From: a virus
Lineage: Duplodnaviria > Caudoviricetes
DNA: 64,000 nucleotides
Direction: 5' to 3' (one strand)
IMG/VR virus record: IMGVR_UViG_3300037466_003648
Coordinates: 1 to 64,000 of that record
Both the position numbers and the translations under genes were made by a program. Shown piece after piece: positions 62,407 to 64,000 of the stretch. Within the stretch, counting starts at the first letter, position 1. Each line of letters opens with the position of its first letter. The notes beneath the pieces were generated by a model. The model saw only the letters and a program-made list of their open reading frames with translations, was not told the DNA's origin and made no database searches.

Positions 62407-62775
62407 ATGAGCCAGAAGAACAACAAGAAGACCTACAGCCCCGGCGATCCGAACTTCGACGCCTTCAAGTTCGGGCCGACGGCCCAGCCCCTGACTCCCA
62501 TGGTGTTCCACGGTGACTGCGTCTGCGGCCAGCGCATCTTCACCGTCAGCGGCTTCGGCATGGCCATCGACGTGCCCATCGGCATGGATCTGGTCTGTCG
62601 CTGCAAGTGCGGTCGCGAGTACTCTGCCAACCTGCAGAGCGCCGCGGCGCTGGAGAAGCTGAAGGCCCAGCAGGCCGGTCAGGCGCCTGCCGAAGGACAG
62701 CCCCCGGTGGACAGTGCGCCTGCTGCACCGGCCGAGGCTCCCGTCGACCCGCAGGCTGCGAACAAGACGATGTAG
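62407..62775 (+). CDS. zinc-ribbon protein
   Basis: SD GGGGAG; CVCG...CRCKCG. Confidence 0.7.
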   Translation: MSQKNNKKTYSPGDPNFDAFKFGPTAQPLTPMVFHGDCVCGQRIFTVSGFGMAIDVPIGMDLVCRCKCGREYSANLQSAAALEKLKAQQAGQAPAEGQPPVDSAPAAPAEAPVDPQAANKTM

Positions 62776-62777
62776 CC

Positions 62778-63200
62778 ATGGCAGAGGGGCGGTGCCAAGC
62801 CTGCCCTCACGAAGGTAAACTGACCAAGCACCACATCATCCCCCGTAAGGTGGGTGGACCGGATCGGCGGTGGAACATCGCCTACCTGTGCATGGACTGT
62901 CACGCCCTCGTCGAGCGCTACTACTGGCGTCAGCTCTCTCGCCGTCAACCGCTGGCAGCACGCACGATCAAGGAGATCGCCAACGCCTTCAAGGCCAAGC
63001 GCATTCCCATCGAGTGTGTTGCCGAAGCGCAGAACCGGCAGCAGCGAGCCTGGCGCAAGATCCTGGAACGACCGGCCCCTTGGGTCGACTGGTACAAGGA
63101 AGCTTGCGCTTGGATCACAACGGTCGAGATCACCGAACACAAGCACGTCGCGGACGCCATCACGAGCAAGCCGTGGTGGCATGACAAGAAAGAGGCATAG
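62778..63200 (+). CDS. HNH endonuclease
   Basis: CQAC...HHIIPRKVGGPD..WN...LCMDCH. Confidence 0.8.
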   Translation: MAEGRCQACPHEGKLTKHHIIPRKVGGPDRRWNIAYLCMDCHALVERYYWRQLSRRQPLAARTIKEIANAFKAKRIPIECVAEAQNRQQRAWRKILERPAPWVDWYKEACAWITTVEITEHKHVADAITSKPWWHDKKEA

Positions 63201-63201
63201 C

Positions 63202-64000
63202 GTGGGACTCCTGGTACAAGCCGTCATCTTTGATCTGGATGACACCTTGATCGAGACGGCGGTCGTCTACCAGGCCACGCTGCGCGAGGCCATCGCCTTG
63301 TGCGCCTCGGCGGGGTTGGACATCAGCACCGCCCACGATGTGTTCCGGGACATCGAGATCGAGATGATCGACCAGTTGGGCTTCGCCAAGGAGCGCTACC
63401 CGCTCTCCTTGGCGCGGCTCGGCACGACGCTGGCCGAGCAACAGAACAAGACCCTCGACCCCGCGCTGGTCAAGCGCCTGGGGCAGCTGGGTTGGGACCT
63501 TTACGAGTTTGACCACGAGGTGAAGGTAGGTGCCGAGCGAGTGCTGCGTGTGCTGCGCTTCGCCGACTACCGGCTTATCCTGGTGACCAAGGGAGACGAA
63601 GAGATCCAGCGTGCCAAGCTGATCCGCAGTGGCCTGGCCGAACTCTTCCACGAAGTCTACGTGCTGGCCGACAAGACGCCCGAGACCTGGGCGGAGGTCG
63701 CCCGCGTCGCCGAACTGCGACCCCACGAGTGCTTCGTGATTGGCGACTCCGTGCGCAGCGACATCAACGCCTCGATCGCCGCGGGCTTCAACGCCATCCA
63801 TATTCCACCGCCCAGCGAGTGGTTCTTCGAGAAGGCCGAACCGCACGCCGCTGCAGTCGTGAAGACCCACCTCGACGATCTGTTGGACGTGTTCCGCGTG
63901 CAGCACCTGGTCCGTGCCGAATGGACCTATCGCAACCAGCCCGAGCGCGATCTCATGCGCGCCACCAACGACGACCGCATGACGATGGTGCAGCATCATC
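63202..64000 (+). CDS. HAD-superfamily hydrolase (nucleotidase-like), 3'-truncated by the window edge; absent from the ORF track
   Basis: GTG 63202 frame reads VIFDLDDTL (I), LVTKGD (II), K (III), IGDSVRSDI (IV); open to the end of the window. Confidence 0.85.
   Translation, partial: MGLLVQAVIFDLDDTLIETAVVYQATLREAIALCASAGLDISTAHDVFRDIEIEMIDQLGFAKERYPLSLARLGTTLAEQQNKTLDPALVKRLGQLGWDLYEFDHEVKVGAERVLRVLRFADYRLILVTKGDEEIQRAKLIRSGLAELFHEVYVLADKTPETWAEVARVAELRPHECFVIGDSVRSDINASIAAGFNAIHIPPPSEWFFEKAEPHAAAVVKTHLDDLLDVFRVQHLVRAEWTYRNQPERDLMRATNDDRMTMVQHH

Noticed and set aside
62778-63200. HNH as an intron-encoded homing endonuclease
   Set aside because: Flanking ORFs are intact and not split; no intron structure seen
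1-64000. Stop-codon reassignment
   Set aside because: TAG, TGA and TAA all end genes cleanly right before the next RBS; recognisable enzymes are full length in the standard code

Overview
This is a 64-kb segment of a large, high-GC dsDNA bacteriophage genome (roughly 60-65% GC by eye). Every credible gene is on the + strand, tightly packed, with strong GGAG/GAAAGGAG ribosome-binding sites. The long minus-strand ORFs are codon-bias shadows, and there are no virion-structural genes in the window. From left to right: (1) small early-type ORFs and an operon encoding a very compact two-subunit, two-barrel RNA polymerase (beta-like 3546-5510, beta-prime-like 5525-7039 with DFDGD); (2) a TctA-family membrane protein; (3) an unusual tRNA array (11.3-11.95 kb), including a complete tRNA-Asn nested inside the anticodon loop of another tRNA body and a tRNA body whose anticodon loop is replaced by a ~90-nt structured domain; (4) a winged-HTH gene embedded in TGACA-containing inverted repeats and cruciforms (origin-like, 12.2-13.8 kb); (5) about 35 kb of small accessory genes, including a Csx15-like protein, NADAR, macrodomain, RadC, two vWA proteins, a DEDDh exonuclease, a DRB0094-type RNA ligase, family-4 UDG, an N6-adenine methyltransferase and a PcfJ protein; (6) a nucleotide-metabolism cluster (Gmk, ClpC-N-domain/dCMP-deaminase fusion, ThyX, HAD) interleaved with four proteins sharing a C-terminal CX2CX5C motif. 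The ClpC-like N-domain and clustered HIP1 octamers point, by inference only, to a host in or near the Cyanobacteria. All family assignments come from motif recognition by eye. No database search or folding program was run.
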